In this document: positions 56,560-64,000 of the stretch, piece after piece | Numbering within the stretch: the stretch's first letter is position 1 | Layout of the letters: each line of letters begins with the position of its first letter | Source of the DNA: Pseudomonas phage HPP-Temi | Length of the DNA stretch: 64,000 nucleotides | Sequence record: PP968062.1 | Strand: one strand, 5' to 3' | Notes under the pieces: model-generated | Database searches by the model: none | What the model was told of the DNA's origin: nothing | What the model saw: only the letters and a program-made list of their open reading frames with translations | Position numbers and translations under genes: made by a program

Positions 56560-56873
56560 TAGTAATATCTCCGAGCGCGGATCGGAAGAGTCCCTTCAAG
56601 GTAGCGACGTTGGAATGAACCGCCTCTAACTGTGATGTCGTTCTTCCTTTGTACAGACAAATGGAAAGGTCGATGTCCGTGTGCAGAACACTTAGAGCTG
56701 TATCGACGAATCCAAGGAGCCTTTCTTTTTGACTGGCACTCAAGCCGATATCTAAGGCCACAGGTTTCATAGAGTAGATCATGGAGTACACCTACCAGAG
56801 CATCACGAAGTTCGAGGGTTTTGTGATTATACGATTTCACTACTTGCAAGAGATCAATCGTTTCAGTCAACAT
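56559..56873 (-). CDS. hypothetical protein 104 aa with Arg-rich, Cys/His-containing C-terminal half
   Basis: TAATG coupling at both ends supports this frame over the overlapping 56498..56791 ORF. Confidence 0.5.
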   Translation of the reverse strand: MLTETIDLLQVVKSYNHKTLELRDALVGVLHDLLYETCGLRYRLECQSKRKAPWIRRYSSKCSAHGHRPFHLSVQRKNDITVRGGSFQRRYLEGTLPIRARRYY

Positions 56874-57337
56874 TAATACAGTCCTTCTGAGAACAATTCA
56901 TCACGAGTGCAGTGTTCAGGGAAACGAAGTTGACCAGTCTTCTTGACTTGCTCCAGTGCATCAGAGCGAGTCCAGAATACACCGTACTGATCGATGAAGC
57001 CTTGTTCGTAATCATCGCCTGCATACGCTCTGAGTGCGTCCATACCGATCAAATCGATTTGGGCATTCATGGATGCACAGTAATGACGAGAACCCGTTAC
57101 AATGTAATCTTTGTAACGGTTAGCTGCACAGACGATGTAACGAGTCTTGTTGTACTTATCCCAACGCCAACCCGTAAAACCATCTTCATCGTTCTCAATC
57201 CAGCAACGTTCGTTAATGGTTTCCTTATGTTTGCGTACAGCTGCTTCGATGATCTTGAGACGAATCTCAATTGGTACGATCGCCAGGGTGGCTTTTACCT
57301 CGCCCCATGCGCATTCGAATTCATCACTGTGTGCCAT
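56873..57337 (-). CDS. hypothetical protein 154 aa
   Basis: ORF track. Confidence 0.6.
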   Translation of the reverse strand: MAHSDEFECAWGEVKATLAIVPIEIRLKIIEAAVRKHKETINERCWIENDEDGFTGWRWDKYNKTRYIVCAANRYKDYIVTGSRHYCASMNAQIDLIGMDALRAYAGDDYEQGFIDQYGVFWTRSDALEQVKKTGQLRFPEHCTRDELFSEGLY

Positions 57338-57630
57338 TAGGACTTAACCTTCAGAATGATTCGCCATTGATACTCATTGTGACCGATCTGTTGGTTAGAC
57401 AGTTCGACCATATCCCAGCCAGCTTTTTCAAGTTCAGCGGATAGCTTCCGACGCTCGTCCGCTCTTTCGGGAGCCTGACCAGCCATCATGAAAATATAGC
57501 GATCGCCGTTGAAAGCTTCTCTCACGGTTCTATCACAGCGAAGCTTCATGGAGAGTTCCATCGAAAACGATGTGTACGCGGCGGATTCTTTGCTGGTTAC
57601 TGCTTCTACTTCTTTTGCGCTACGAAACAT
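57337..57630 (-). CDS. hypothetical protein 97 aa
   Basis: ORF track. Confidence 0.55.
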   Translation of the reverse strand: MFRSAKEVEAVTSKESAAYTSFSMELSMKLRCDRTVREAFNGDRYIFMMAGQAPERADERRKLSAELEKAGWDMVELSNQQIGHNEYQWRIILKVKS

Positions 57631-57639
57631 ATTTGCTCC

Positions 57640-58740
57640 TTAGAAACCAATACGGTTTGCTTTACGGGGAGAACTAGCTGCATCAGTGTTCAATGCTTCA
57701 GCCAGAGTGAAGTTATTACCAACGAAATCCACAGGCTCAAGACCGTTAGCAATACGAGCATCGTTTGCTTGTTCAGCCGTAAGGGTCTTAAAGGTGAGGA
57801 TATCGAAAGCACGTCCAGGACGAACCAGAGCCTCGTCAACATCACGAAGAGTTGGGAGGTTAGTAGAGATGATGATCTTGGTTTTGGTAGACACAAGACC
57901 AGCAGTCGCATTCAACAGACCTGCCATATTACTGTTACCATCCTCGCGCTTGGCAACCATCTTATCAGAGTCTTCAGTAATAATCAGCGAGTTATCCTCG
58001 ACACCACGAATAAAGCTGGTGAGATCACCATGACTCAGTACGGAGTCTTGGTCAGCCAGATAGACGTTGCGATCTTCATAACCACGAGCACGGACCATCT
58101 CGTTGATGAAGTTCGACTTACCAGTACCAGGCGGACCAATCAACAGAAGTACGTTGGCCTCAGATGCTGCAAACTCAGCCCAGGTTTCAGCCGGAGAACG
58201 ATCCAGGAACGGATACATATCCATCAGCTTCTCGTTGTAATCACGAGTAGCGATTACTTCACTCCATGCATAGAGTTCGTCTTTCTGGCGATTCAACCGG
58301 ATACGCTTGATGCTTGGCGGTTTGGTCTGATCGAATACCGATTCGAACATCTCTTTAAACTTGGTAGAGAAGTCTTCAGTAGAGTAGATAGAGAAACCAT
58401 GGCAGGTCGCTTCCTCCATACCCTCGATAAGGAAACCGAGAATACCTTCGTCGTCCAACAACGCCCAACCACCACTGATACCAAATGCATGGAGATTGAA
58501 CTTGGCGATGACCTTGTCCTTAATCTCCCGTATGCGTTCTTTGATGTACACTTCACGATCTACACCGAACGTGTAATAGATGCGAAGTTTCTCACTGGCT
58601 GATTCCAGACCTTGTTCGTTAAGAGTGAAATGGTAAGCGCTGTAACGGTTACCTGCCTGGATTGCCTTCATGCACAGATGAGTATAACGCTCAATCCAAT
58701 ATTGCTGGTTAGGATTAAGTTTAGGGCCACGATAAGACAT
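57640..58740 (-). CDS. AAA+ ATPase
   Basis: Walker A LLLIGPPGTGKS, ITEDSD Walker-B-like, sensor-2-like VRPGRAF; 366 aa. Confidence 0.7.
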   Translation of the reverse strand: MSYRGPKLNPNQQYWIERYTHLCMKAIQAGNRYSAYHFTLNEQGLESASEKLRIYYTFGVDREVYIKERIREIKDKVIAKFNLHAFGISGGWALLDDEGILGFLIEGMEEATCHGFSIYSTEDFSTKFKEMFESVFDQTKPPSIKRIRLNRQKDELYAWSEVIATRDYNEKLMDMYPFLDRSPAETWAEFAASEANVLLLIGPPGTGKSNFINEMVRARGYEDRNVYLADQDSVLSHGDLTSFIRGVEDNSLIITEDSDKMVAKREDGNSNMAGLLNATAGLVSTKTKIIISTNLPTLRDVDEALVRPGRAFDILTFKTLTAEQANDARIANGLEPVDFVGNNFTLAEALNTDAASSPRKANRIGF

Positions 58741-58772
58741 TTGATTTTCCTTTTAATGAGAGATGGCATAAA

Positions 58773-58788
58773 GCTCCCCGAAGGGAGC
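58773..58788 (-). terminator. terminator GCUCCC-UUCG-GGGAGC
   Basis: 6-bp stem with CGAA loop, TTTATGCC flank. Confidence 0.55.
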
Positions 58789-58794
58789 AGTATG

Positions 58795-59154
58795 TTAGTC
58801 AGGTTTCTTAGCGACTACTAGACGAGACCACTTTGTAGAGGAGTTACCTTCACCTTCAACATTGAAGATTCGGTCCTGGCTATTAGGTGGCATGCGACCA
58901 GTAATACTACTGAGGTCTTTAATAATGAAACCAGCTTCGCCCAGATCTTTAATAAGTTTGGTGATTACGTCGGAATCAGTAATGTGACCCATTACGTGGA
59001 ACTGGAAAGTACTACGACCGTTAACCAGTCGATGACCAGCCTTTACCTTATTGGAATCGGCCATGTCTGCTTCAAGAGCAGCTATAACACCTGCGGAGTC
59101 GACATCATCGGCTTTGACGATATCAACCAGGTCCTCAAACTTAGGGAATGCCAT
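58795..59154 (-). CDS. hypothetical protein 119 aa
   Basis: ORF track. Confidence 0.6.
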   Translation of the reverse strand: MAFPKFEDLVDIVKADDVDSAGVIAALEADMADSNKVKAGHRLVNGRSTFQFHVMGHITDSDVITKLIKDLGEAGFIIKDLSSITGRMPPNSQDRIFNVEGEGNSSTKWSRLVVAKKPD

Positions 59155-59183
59155 AATGCACCTTCTTGTGTATAGACATATCG

Positions 59184-59600
59184 TTAAGCAGTTTTGGGGA
59201 TACGACCGATGCTGATGCTACGGAGCATGCCATAAACACGTCCATTAGCCAGATCCATTTTACCATTACAGAAACGATCGGTCTTGACTTCCCAACCGAT
59301 ACCTTGAAGGAACTTAGCAACAGCTGCACTACGAGAAATGCCTGCTTCACAATGAACGATTAGAGTTTCACCATCGGGAACCTTATCAATGAAGGTAAGG
59401 ATCTTATCGGCATGAACGTAATCGAACATCTGATAGCGATTGTCCACGTAGTCTTCGACATCATCAAAGATCAACACGAGGATGTCTTTATGTTCACGAA
59501 CGAACTTCACCTCTTGTCCAGGACAACGGATAGAGATGATGTAGCTTTCTTCGGTTAGAGCCTGAGCAGCTAAACGAGAATAGAACTTAACCTTCTTCAT
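59184..59600 (-). CDS. cysteine phosphatase, dual-specificity-phosphatase-like (HCX5R)
   Basis: LIVHCEAGISRSAAV signature; ORF track 59184..59681 trimmed to MKKVKF start (ATGA overlap). Confidence 0.6.
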   Translation of the reverse strand: MKKVKFYSRLAAQALTEESYIISIRCPGQEVKFVREHKDILVLIFDDVEDYVDNRYQMFDYVHADKILTFIDKVPDGETLIVHCEAGISRSAAVAKFLQGIGWEVKTDRFCNGKMDLANGRVYGMLRSISIGRIPKTA

Positions 59601-60403
59601 ACGTCTACCTTTCGATGTAACATCAGACGAGTCCAGGAAGCCGAACCCTGACCAGTAACAGCTGTGGATACACCGCTCCAACCTTGCTCACTGAGCTCAG
59701 CGTGGAGCTCATGCATTACCTCGACGTGGATAACGCCATTAATACCGAACTCGTAAACCAGGTGTTGTTTCTTTTGACGGACAGCATGTTGACCAGCAGC
59801 TCGCACCTTCTCGGCGTTCTGCCATTCGTACGTACGAAGCATAGTCAGAACATCGTCTTTGGTGAGGATGGTGAATCCTTCAAAGAAGTCAGGTCTGATA
59901 CCTTTATTCAGCTGCTTGCTAACGGAGACATCGACTGCCTCGCTAGCCGGTATATCTAGGATAGGAGAACTGGGTTTAATGCCTTCTTCAGCGACTCGGA
60001 GAATAGAAGGATGTACATAACCATCAGTAATGGTTCCTTCTTTCTTGACTACAAAACCAGCTCGGCGTGAATCATCGTAACGTAGTTCACACGGTATGAG
60101 TTCCATCACCCATTCACCAACCCAAGCTGGGTAATCCATGTCACTGGATACAACCGCTGACTGACTTGTACGCATGATGATCTGATTGTAAGCAAGTTTG
60201 ACAAAGAAGCGAATATCGTCTTTGTCACTGTTGAACAGGAATGCCTTTCGATGGTTACGGGTAAGGTTTACACCACTCAGATCGTGAGTGACATAGAAAC
60301 GTTGTCGCTCACTGTCATCTAGAATTTGACTGAAGCAGATCACATAGAAAGCGTTGGGGTCTAGGCCTTTTAGAAGGTCAAGACCCTTTTCATTGAAACT
60401 CAT
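59597..60403 (-). CDS. hypothetical protein 268 aa (first gene of the leftward array)
   Basis: ORF track; AAAGGAGAA RBS. Confidence 0.6.
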   Translation of the reverse strand: MSFNEKGLDLLKGLDPNAFYVICFSQILDDSERQRFYVTHDLSGVNLTRNHRKAFLFNSDKDDIRFFVKLAYNQIIMRTSQSAVVSSDMDYPAWVGEWVMELIPCELRYDDSRRAGFVVKKEGTITDGYVHPSILRVAEEGIKPSSPILDIPASEAVDVSVSKQLNKGIRPDFFEGFTILTKDDVLTMLRTYEWQNAEKVRAAGQHAVRQKKQHLVYEFGINGVIHVEVMHELHAELSEQGWSGVSTAVTGQGSASWTRLMLHRKVDV

Positions 60404-60435
60404 TTTTATTCTCCTTTAGAAGAAAGATGTTCACT

Positions 60436-60472
60436 CAGGTAATATAGATGTAAGATATTTTTTATTGGGCAA
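60436..60472 (-). promoter_or_regulatory. promoter-like element family B (no terminator upstream; start of leftward transcription unit)
   Basis: minus strand reads CCAATAAAAAATATCTTACATCTATATTACCTG. Confidence 0.45.
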
Positions 60473-60508
60473 TCTTATGAATTTCTTTTCAAACAGAGGA
60501 TTCCTAAT

Positions 60509-60655
60509 ATGTTTGAGATAATGCTAAACATCGGAACCGGTGGGAAGGACCTTAACTTTCCAGATTCAGGTCCAGGTCCCAAAAAAATTAATACAATGCG
60601 GGCAAGTAATAACGCTATTGTCTGGCGTCCTATTCTCGAAGTTGTTGGTAGTTAA
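60509..60655 (+). CDS. possible small plus-strand ORF (48 aa, MFEIMLNIGTGGKDLNFPDSGPGPKK...)
   Basis: AGAGGA RBS 9 nt upstream; stop followed 8 nt later by a perfect hairpin. Confidence 0.3.
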   Translation: MFEIMLNIGTGGKDLNFPDSGPGPKKINTMRASNNAIVWRPILEVVGS

Positions 60656-60663
60656 CGACATAA

Positions 60664-60682
60664 GCCCGGCTCAAGGCCGGGC
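60664..60682. other. perfect 7-bp GC hairpin GCCCGGC-TCAAG-GCCGGGC in the divergent intergenic region (possible bidirectional terminator or small-RNA 3' end)
   Basis: seen directly; weak U-tracts on both strands. Confidence 0.4.
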
Positions 60683-60763
60683 GTTATGCCTGCTTGGATT
60701 AGATAGTCCTAGCATCGTCGTCAAGGCACCGTAGTTAGATACTCGTCTTTGCTCCCGCAAATA

Positions 60764-60784
60764 CTTTAACGTATCATGTTAAAG
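60764..60784. promoter_or_regulatory. inverted repeat CTTTAAC-GTATCAT-GTTAAAG in divergent control region
   Basis: perfect 7-bp arms; possible operator. Confidence 0.3.
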
Positions 60785-60830
60785 AATCGGCTGGATCACC
60801 CCCTTAAAGTGCAGCGCTATGCGCGACTGC

Positions 60831-60855
60831 CTTGACTATATCATTACAACAAGTG
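60831..60855 (+). promoter_or_regulatory. plus-strand promoter-like element TTGACTATATCATTACAACAAGTG upstream of the helicase gene
   Basis: contains TATATCATTACAA, related to the minus-strand TATATTACAAA core; ~65 nt upstream of the ATG. Confidence 0.35.
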
Positions 60856-60920
60856 TATTCTTTTTCTAAATCTTACACGAAGGCCAATTCTATGAATTTA
60901 CCCCATAAGGATACAACTCC

Positions 60921-63035
60921 ATGTTAGACTCATTCCGCTCTCTGTTTGGTGGACTAACAGTTAAGGAAACTGAAACAGAGATCATCATCTCTGGAGTGAG
61001 AGGTTTTGATATTGTCCGTGATATCAGTAAGCACTGGAAGACATCCAAGATTACAACTAACCTTTTCAACTCGATCAACAGAAACTCTCTGAGCTTCTAT
61101 AAGTTCTTTGCTCCTGAAGTAATGTACATGTTGGAGAACATCGTCTACTATCGTTCTCGTTACACTTCGGTGAAAATGATTGCAGCGATCAAAGATGCTC
61201 TACTCCAAAACACTTGGTTAGCCTCTACTAAAGTAGTAGATAAGAACTCCGTACCAGGACGTTTGAACTTTGCTAATCTGACTCGACTCAAATTCGATCC
61301 GAAACCGTATCAATTAGAGTATTTCAAGAACTATACCTATCGACTAGATCAATACAATCTAAATGGCGATTTAATTGCCGCGGCGGCCGGTACGGGTAAG
61401 ACATATCTTACTTCAGCTATTGCTGAGATGCTTGATGCAGAACTCATTGTTGTAATGTGTCCTAAGAATGCTCTGGATCTTGTCTGGTTAGATTCTCTAA
61501 AAGAGATGTTTCATAAGCCGCAAACAGTTTGGCACACCTTCGAACCCAATATGTCTTATAAAGGGCAACGTTGGATTGTTTGCCATTATGATGCAATGGA
61601 TAAAGTTGTAGAGCTTCTGAGAAATCGTAATGTGGTTGGGACTAAACGTACTGTGACGATTCTTGATGAATCACACAACATGAACGACCCGAACTCAACA
61701 CGGACTAAACTTTATCAACTGATCGTTAAGATGGTTGGTTCTCGTAACAACTTGCTGGCTTCCGGTACTCCGGTTAAAGCTCTGGGCGTAGAACTGATCA
61801 ACCTGCTTCGTATTGTGGATCCTCTGTTCACTCCTCAAGTAGAAGAACGTTTCCGGAAGATGTATGGTAAAGAGGCTTCTAAAGGTCTCGACATTATCCG
61901 ACATCGTCTGGGTCTGGTTTCTTACAAAGTAGAGAAACAAGAACTCGATCTGCAACCTCCGATCATGCGTCCTTATCCCATCAAGATTCCGAATGGAGAT
62001 GACTTCACTCTTCCTACTATCCGCAAGGTGATGGAGGAATTCATTCGTGAACGCTGGGCTTATTATAAGAAGCGGAGACCTGAAGATGACAAGTTCTGGA
62101 ACGAACTCTGTAACCTCCACAGAAAGACCCTCCGAACCTCAGAGCAAGAACGTGCCTTCAAGTCCTACTTGGATTTGGTCAAGTATGTTCAACAGATCCC
62201 TGATCCGCGCTTTGCAGGAGAGGAAATCAAAGCAACGAACCAATACGAGAAATTAGTATTTGGTCCGTCGTTGCCGAAACATTTGATTCATCAATTCCGT
62301 GATGTCAAATCGATTATCAAGTATACCAACCTGAAGATCCAAGGTGAATGCCTAGGTCGTGTACTGGGTGGTAAACGAATCGAATGTCACGTTGCAATGG
62401 TTCCGTATGTCGACTGGGTAGGGATTACTGAATCCACTCACAAGAAGACAATCATGTTCACTAGCTTTGTAGAGGCGGTAGAGCTCGCTGACGCACATTG
62501 CGTTAAGTTGGGTATGAAGCCATTAGCTGTGTACGGAAAGACCACCAACGAGCTTGCAGGCATCGTTAAACGGTTTGATTCCAGTAAGGAACTGAATCCA
62601 CTCAACGCTACTTATGCTTCTCTGTCCACTGCTGTCCGTCTAACCATGGCTGACACACTAATCCTGCTGAATAGTCCATTCCGTGCTTACATTCTGGAGC
62701 AGGCTATTTCCCGTGCTTATCGCTTGGGTCAGGATTCTCAAGTTGTTGTTTACCAGTGCACACTCGATACTGGAGAGATCCCTAACATTTCTACTCGTTC
62801 GGCTGATATCCTTAAATGGAGTCAGGATCAGGTAGAGGCTATCATGGGTATCAAGTCTCCGTTTGAAATCGGTGAGGCAATGGAAGACTATGGTGATCAG
62901 ACAGAGTTTGACGAGAACAAAGTAATGCACCGCGTTCTTCAGAAAGCGTTTGAACAATTCGATATTGAGATTTCGTTGGCTGACTTCGAGATCCCACCTA
63001 AACCCAAATCTAATGTTCCCGCTTATCTGCGGTGA
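60921..63035 (+). CDS. SNF2-family DNA-dependent ATPase/helicase
   Basis: Walker A AAAGTGKT, DExH box ILDESHNM, motif VI EQAISRAYRLGQ; 704 aa; AAGGA RBS. Confidence 0.8.
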   Translation: MLDSFRSLFGGLTVKETETEIIISGVRGFDIVRDISKHWKTSKITTNLFNSINRNSLSFYKFFAPEVMYMLENIVYYRSRYTSVKMIAAIKDALLQNTWLASTKVVDKNSVPGRLNFANLTRLKFDPKPYQLEYFKNYTYRLDQYNLNGDLIAAAAGTGKTYLTSAIAEMLDAELIVVMCPKNALDLVWLDSLKEMFHKPQTVWHTFEPNMSYKGQRWIVCHYDAMDKVVELLRNRNVVGTKRTVTILDESHNMNDPNSTRTKLYQLIVKMVGSRNNLLASGTPVKALGVELINLLRIVDPLFTPQVEERFRKMYGKEASKGLDIIRHRLGLVSYKVEKQELDLQPPIMRPYPIKIPNGDDFTLPTIRKVMEEFIRERWAYYKKRRPEDDKFWNELCNLHRKTLRTSEQERAFKSYLDLVKYVQQIPDPRFAGEEIKATNQYEKLVFGPSLPKHLIHQFRDVKSIIKYTNLKIQGECLGRVLGGKRIECHVAMVPYVDWVGITESTHKKTIMFTSFVEAVELADAHCVKLGMKPLAVYGKTTNELAGIVKRFDSSKELNPLNATYASLSTAVRLTMADTLILLNSPFRAYILEQAISRAYRLGQDSQVVVYQCTLDTGEIPNISTRSADILKWSQDQVEAIMGIKSPFEIGEAMEDYGDQTEFDENKVMHRVLQKAFEQFDIEISLADFEIPPKPKSNVPAYLR

Positions 63036-63047
63036 TTGGAGTTAACA

Positions 63048-63437
63048 ATGAGTGATACAAACAAGGGCATGATTGCCGCTATCAACAAATACCTGCAAAA
63101 GGTTGAAGACCTGATTAAAGGTGGCGGTTCTGGTGGCAGTGGTGGTGCAGCGGCCATCATCTACGAGAGTACGACGGTACAGGCAGGCGGAACTATGACG
63201 TATGATCTTGTTCCTTTGATCCCAGCTGGTTCAGAGGTACCCCGCGCAGCGTCTGTCGAAGTAAAGATTAGAGATACTGTAACCGGTTCTCTCACCAAAG
63301 ATTGCTACATCGACGCATCTGCTGTATTAACCTGGGGTATTAAAGATGATGGTACGTTAGTTATTGCTAACCCGTCGTCTGCCACTGTTGAATACATTGT
63401 CATTGTCAGAGCACCCCATAAGAAAATCGTACCTTAA
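63048..63437 (+). CDS. hypothetical protein ~129 aa with Gly/Ser linker (GGGSGGSGGAAA), possibly structural
   Basis: ORF track 63036..63437 (TTG) trimmed to ATG with GGAG RBS. Confidence 0.55.
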   Translation: MSDTNKGMIAAINKYLQKVEDLIKGGGSGGSGGAAAIIYESTTVQAGGTMTYDLVPLIPAGSEVPRAASVEVKIRDTVTGSLTKDCYIDASAVLTWGIKDDGTLVIANPSSATVEYIVIVRAPHKKIVP

Positions 63438-63449
63438 TAGGAGCTTGAA

Positions 63450-64000
63450 ATGGCATATGCTAACCCTGACAAACAACCTGGGGCCTATCCTAGTACCCAG
63501 GTTGTAAAATGGACATTTGATTCTAATGTCGCTACTAATGGTGTCGCGTATTCTGTTAATGGTTTACCGCCAGTCGTTTCTGAGTATATCGCTTACGATT
63601 CTTTAAGCCCACCTACTCCATTCATTGCCGTTACCCAAGATGGTAACGGCAACGTTGTTTACGATGGTGGTTTTCCAAAATTCATGAATCCACAGGCAGC
63701 AAACATTTCCATGACTCAGGGAGTTCTAGATTTCTCAGCTAGACTACAACCTGATGCAAACGGTCTAAACCTTTTCTACTATGAAGTAATTAACAATAAG
63801 ACTTACATTGTTAAAAGTGGAGATGTTCTTGTCTATGATCACTATGTGTTCGATGACGCATATTTTGGTTTAGACTGTACCGTTTATGATGAAACTGGTA
63901 ATAATCCTGTTAGATTTAGGGACTACAGTCCCGTAATCAAAGACAATGGTAACCCCGCTACTGCAACACATCCAGTTATGTGTGGAGAAAGGTCAGAATG
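63450..64000 (+). CDS. hypothetical protein, 3' end beyond window (MAYANPDKQPGAYPSTQVVKW...), possibly structural/tail-fiber-like
   Basis: ATG at 63450 after AGGAG; open to window end. Confidence 0.5.
   Translation, partial: MAYANPDKQPGAYPSTQVVKWTFDSNVATNGVAYSVNGLPPVVSEYIAYDSLSPPTPFIAVTQDGNGNVVYDGGFPKFMNPQAANISMTQGVLDFSARLQPDANGLNLFYYEVINNKTYIVKSGDVLVYDHYVFDDAYFGLDCTVYDETGNNPVRFRDYSPVIKDNGNPATATHPVMCGERSE

Noticed and set aside
56498-56791. ORF 56498..56791 overlapping 56559..56873 in another frame; briefly considered a programmed frameshift
   Set aside because: The 56559..56873 frame has TAATG start/stop coupling to both neighbours. The other frame begins with GTG, has no RBS and overlaps two genes.
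60540-60734. Plus-strand ORF 60540..60734 (64 aa)
   Set aside because: It translates straight through the perfect GC hairpin and has no RBS. The shorter 60509..60655 ORF that ends before the hairpin is more plausible, and is itself only a weak candidate.
60480-60900. Searched the divergent intergenic region for tRNA genes
   Set aside because: No GTTCGAATC-type T-arm, no cloverleaf-compatible acceptor/D/anticodon arrangement.

Overview
This 64-kb window reads as a bacteriophage genome segment, probably from a large virulent phage with a T4-like early/accessory region. Coding density is about 95%. Roughly 115 mostly small genes form one collinear minus-strand array from position 1 to about 60,400, followed by a divergent intergenic region and a strand switch to plus-strand genes: an SNF2-family helicase and the start of a probable structural module.

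Intergenic punctuation is highly stereotyped. About 25 GC-rich stem-loops carry a CGAA loop on the plus strand, which is a UUCG tetraloop in the minus-strand mRNA, and act as rho-independent terminators. They are frequently followed, on the minus strand, by one of two conserved promoter-like elements: family A is a 15-nt palindrome fused to TATATTACAAATGTG, and family B is an A/T tract followed by TCTYAGATCTAYATYA.

Recognisable genes include:
- an Rnl-type RNA ligase with a KxDG motif (29764-31128)
- an RtcB RNA ligase (34417-35670)
- an RlaP-like pol-beta nucleotidyltransferase (36388-37215)
- a NAMPT-family phosphoribosyltransferase immediately followed by a divergent Prs-like pyrophosphokinase (31698-34368)
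- a thymidylate-synthase homolog with three large insertions (38635-40068)
- a macro-domain protein (41352-42101)
- NAD-dependent DNA ligase LigA (48946-50994)
- dCTP deaminase (52185-52829)
- QueC, the 7-cyano-7-deazaguanine synthase (55112-55849)
- a SLOG/DprA-like protein (53986-54642)
- an AAA+ ATPase (57640-58740)
- two CX5R cysteine phosphatases (12817-13209; 59184-59600)
- a GNAT acetyltransferase (18871-19371)
- a Rel/SpoT-type HD hydrolase (23458-24063)
- an SPFH lipoprotein (15536-16402)
- a small GIY-YIG protein (7352-7711)

No rRNA, tRNA, CRISPR array or transposon was detected.

The most interesting candidates are:
1. a phage RNA-repair / anti-anticodon-nuclease module (Rnl, RtcB, RlaP-like NTase, phosphatases and macro domain)
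2. a NAD-reconstitution pair that looks more like NARP1 (Namat+Adps) than canonical NadV+NatV
3. a paralogous family of small proteins sharing a C-terminal V-N-[ST] tail
4. the palindromic promoter/operator family

All coordinates for starts are best estimates from the ORF track plus RBS inspection. Hand-counted regulatory-site coordinates may be off by 1-2 nt.
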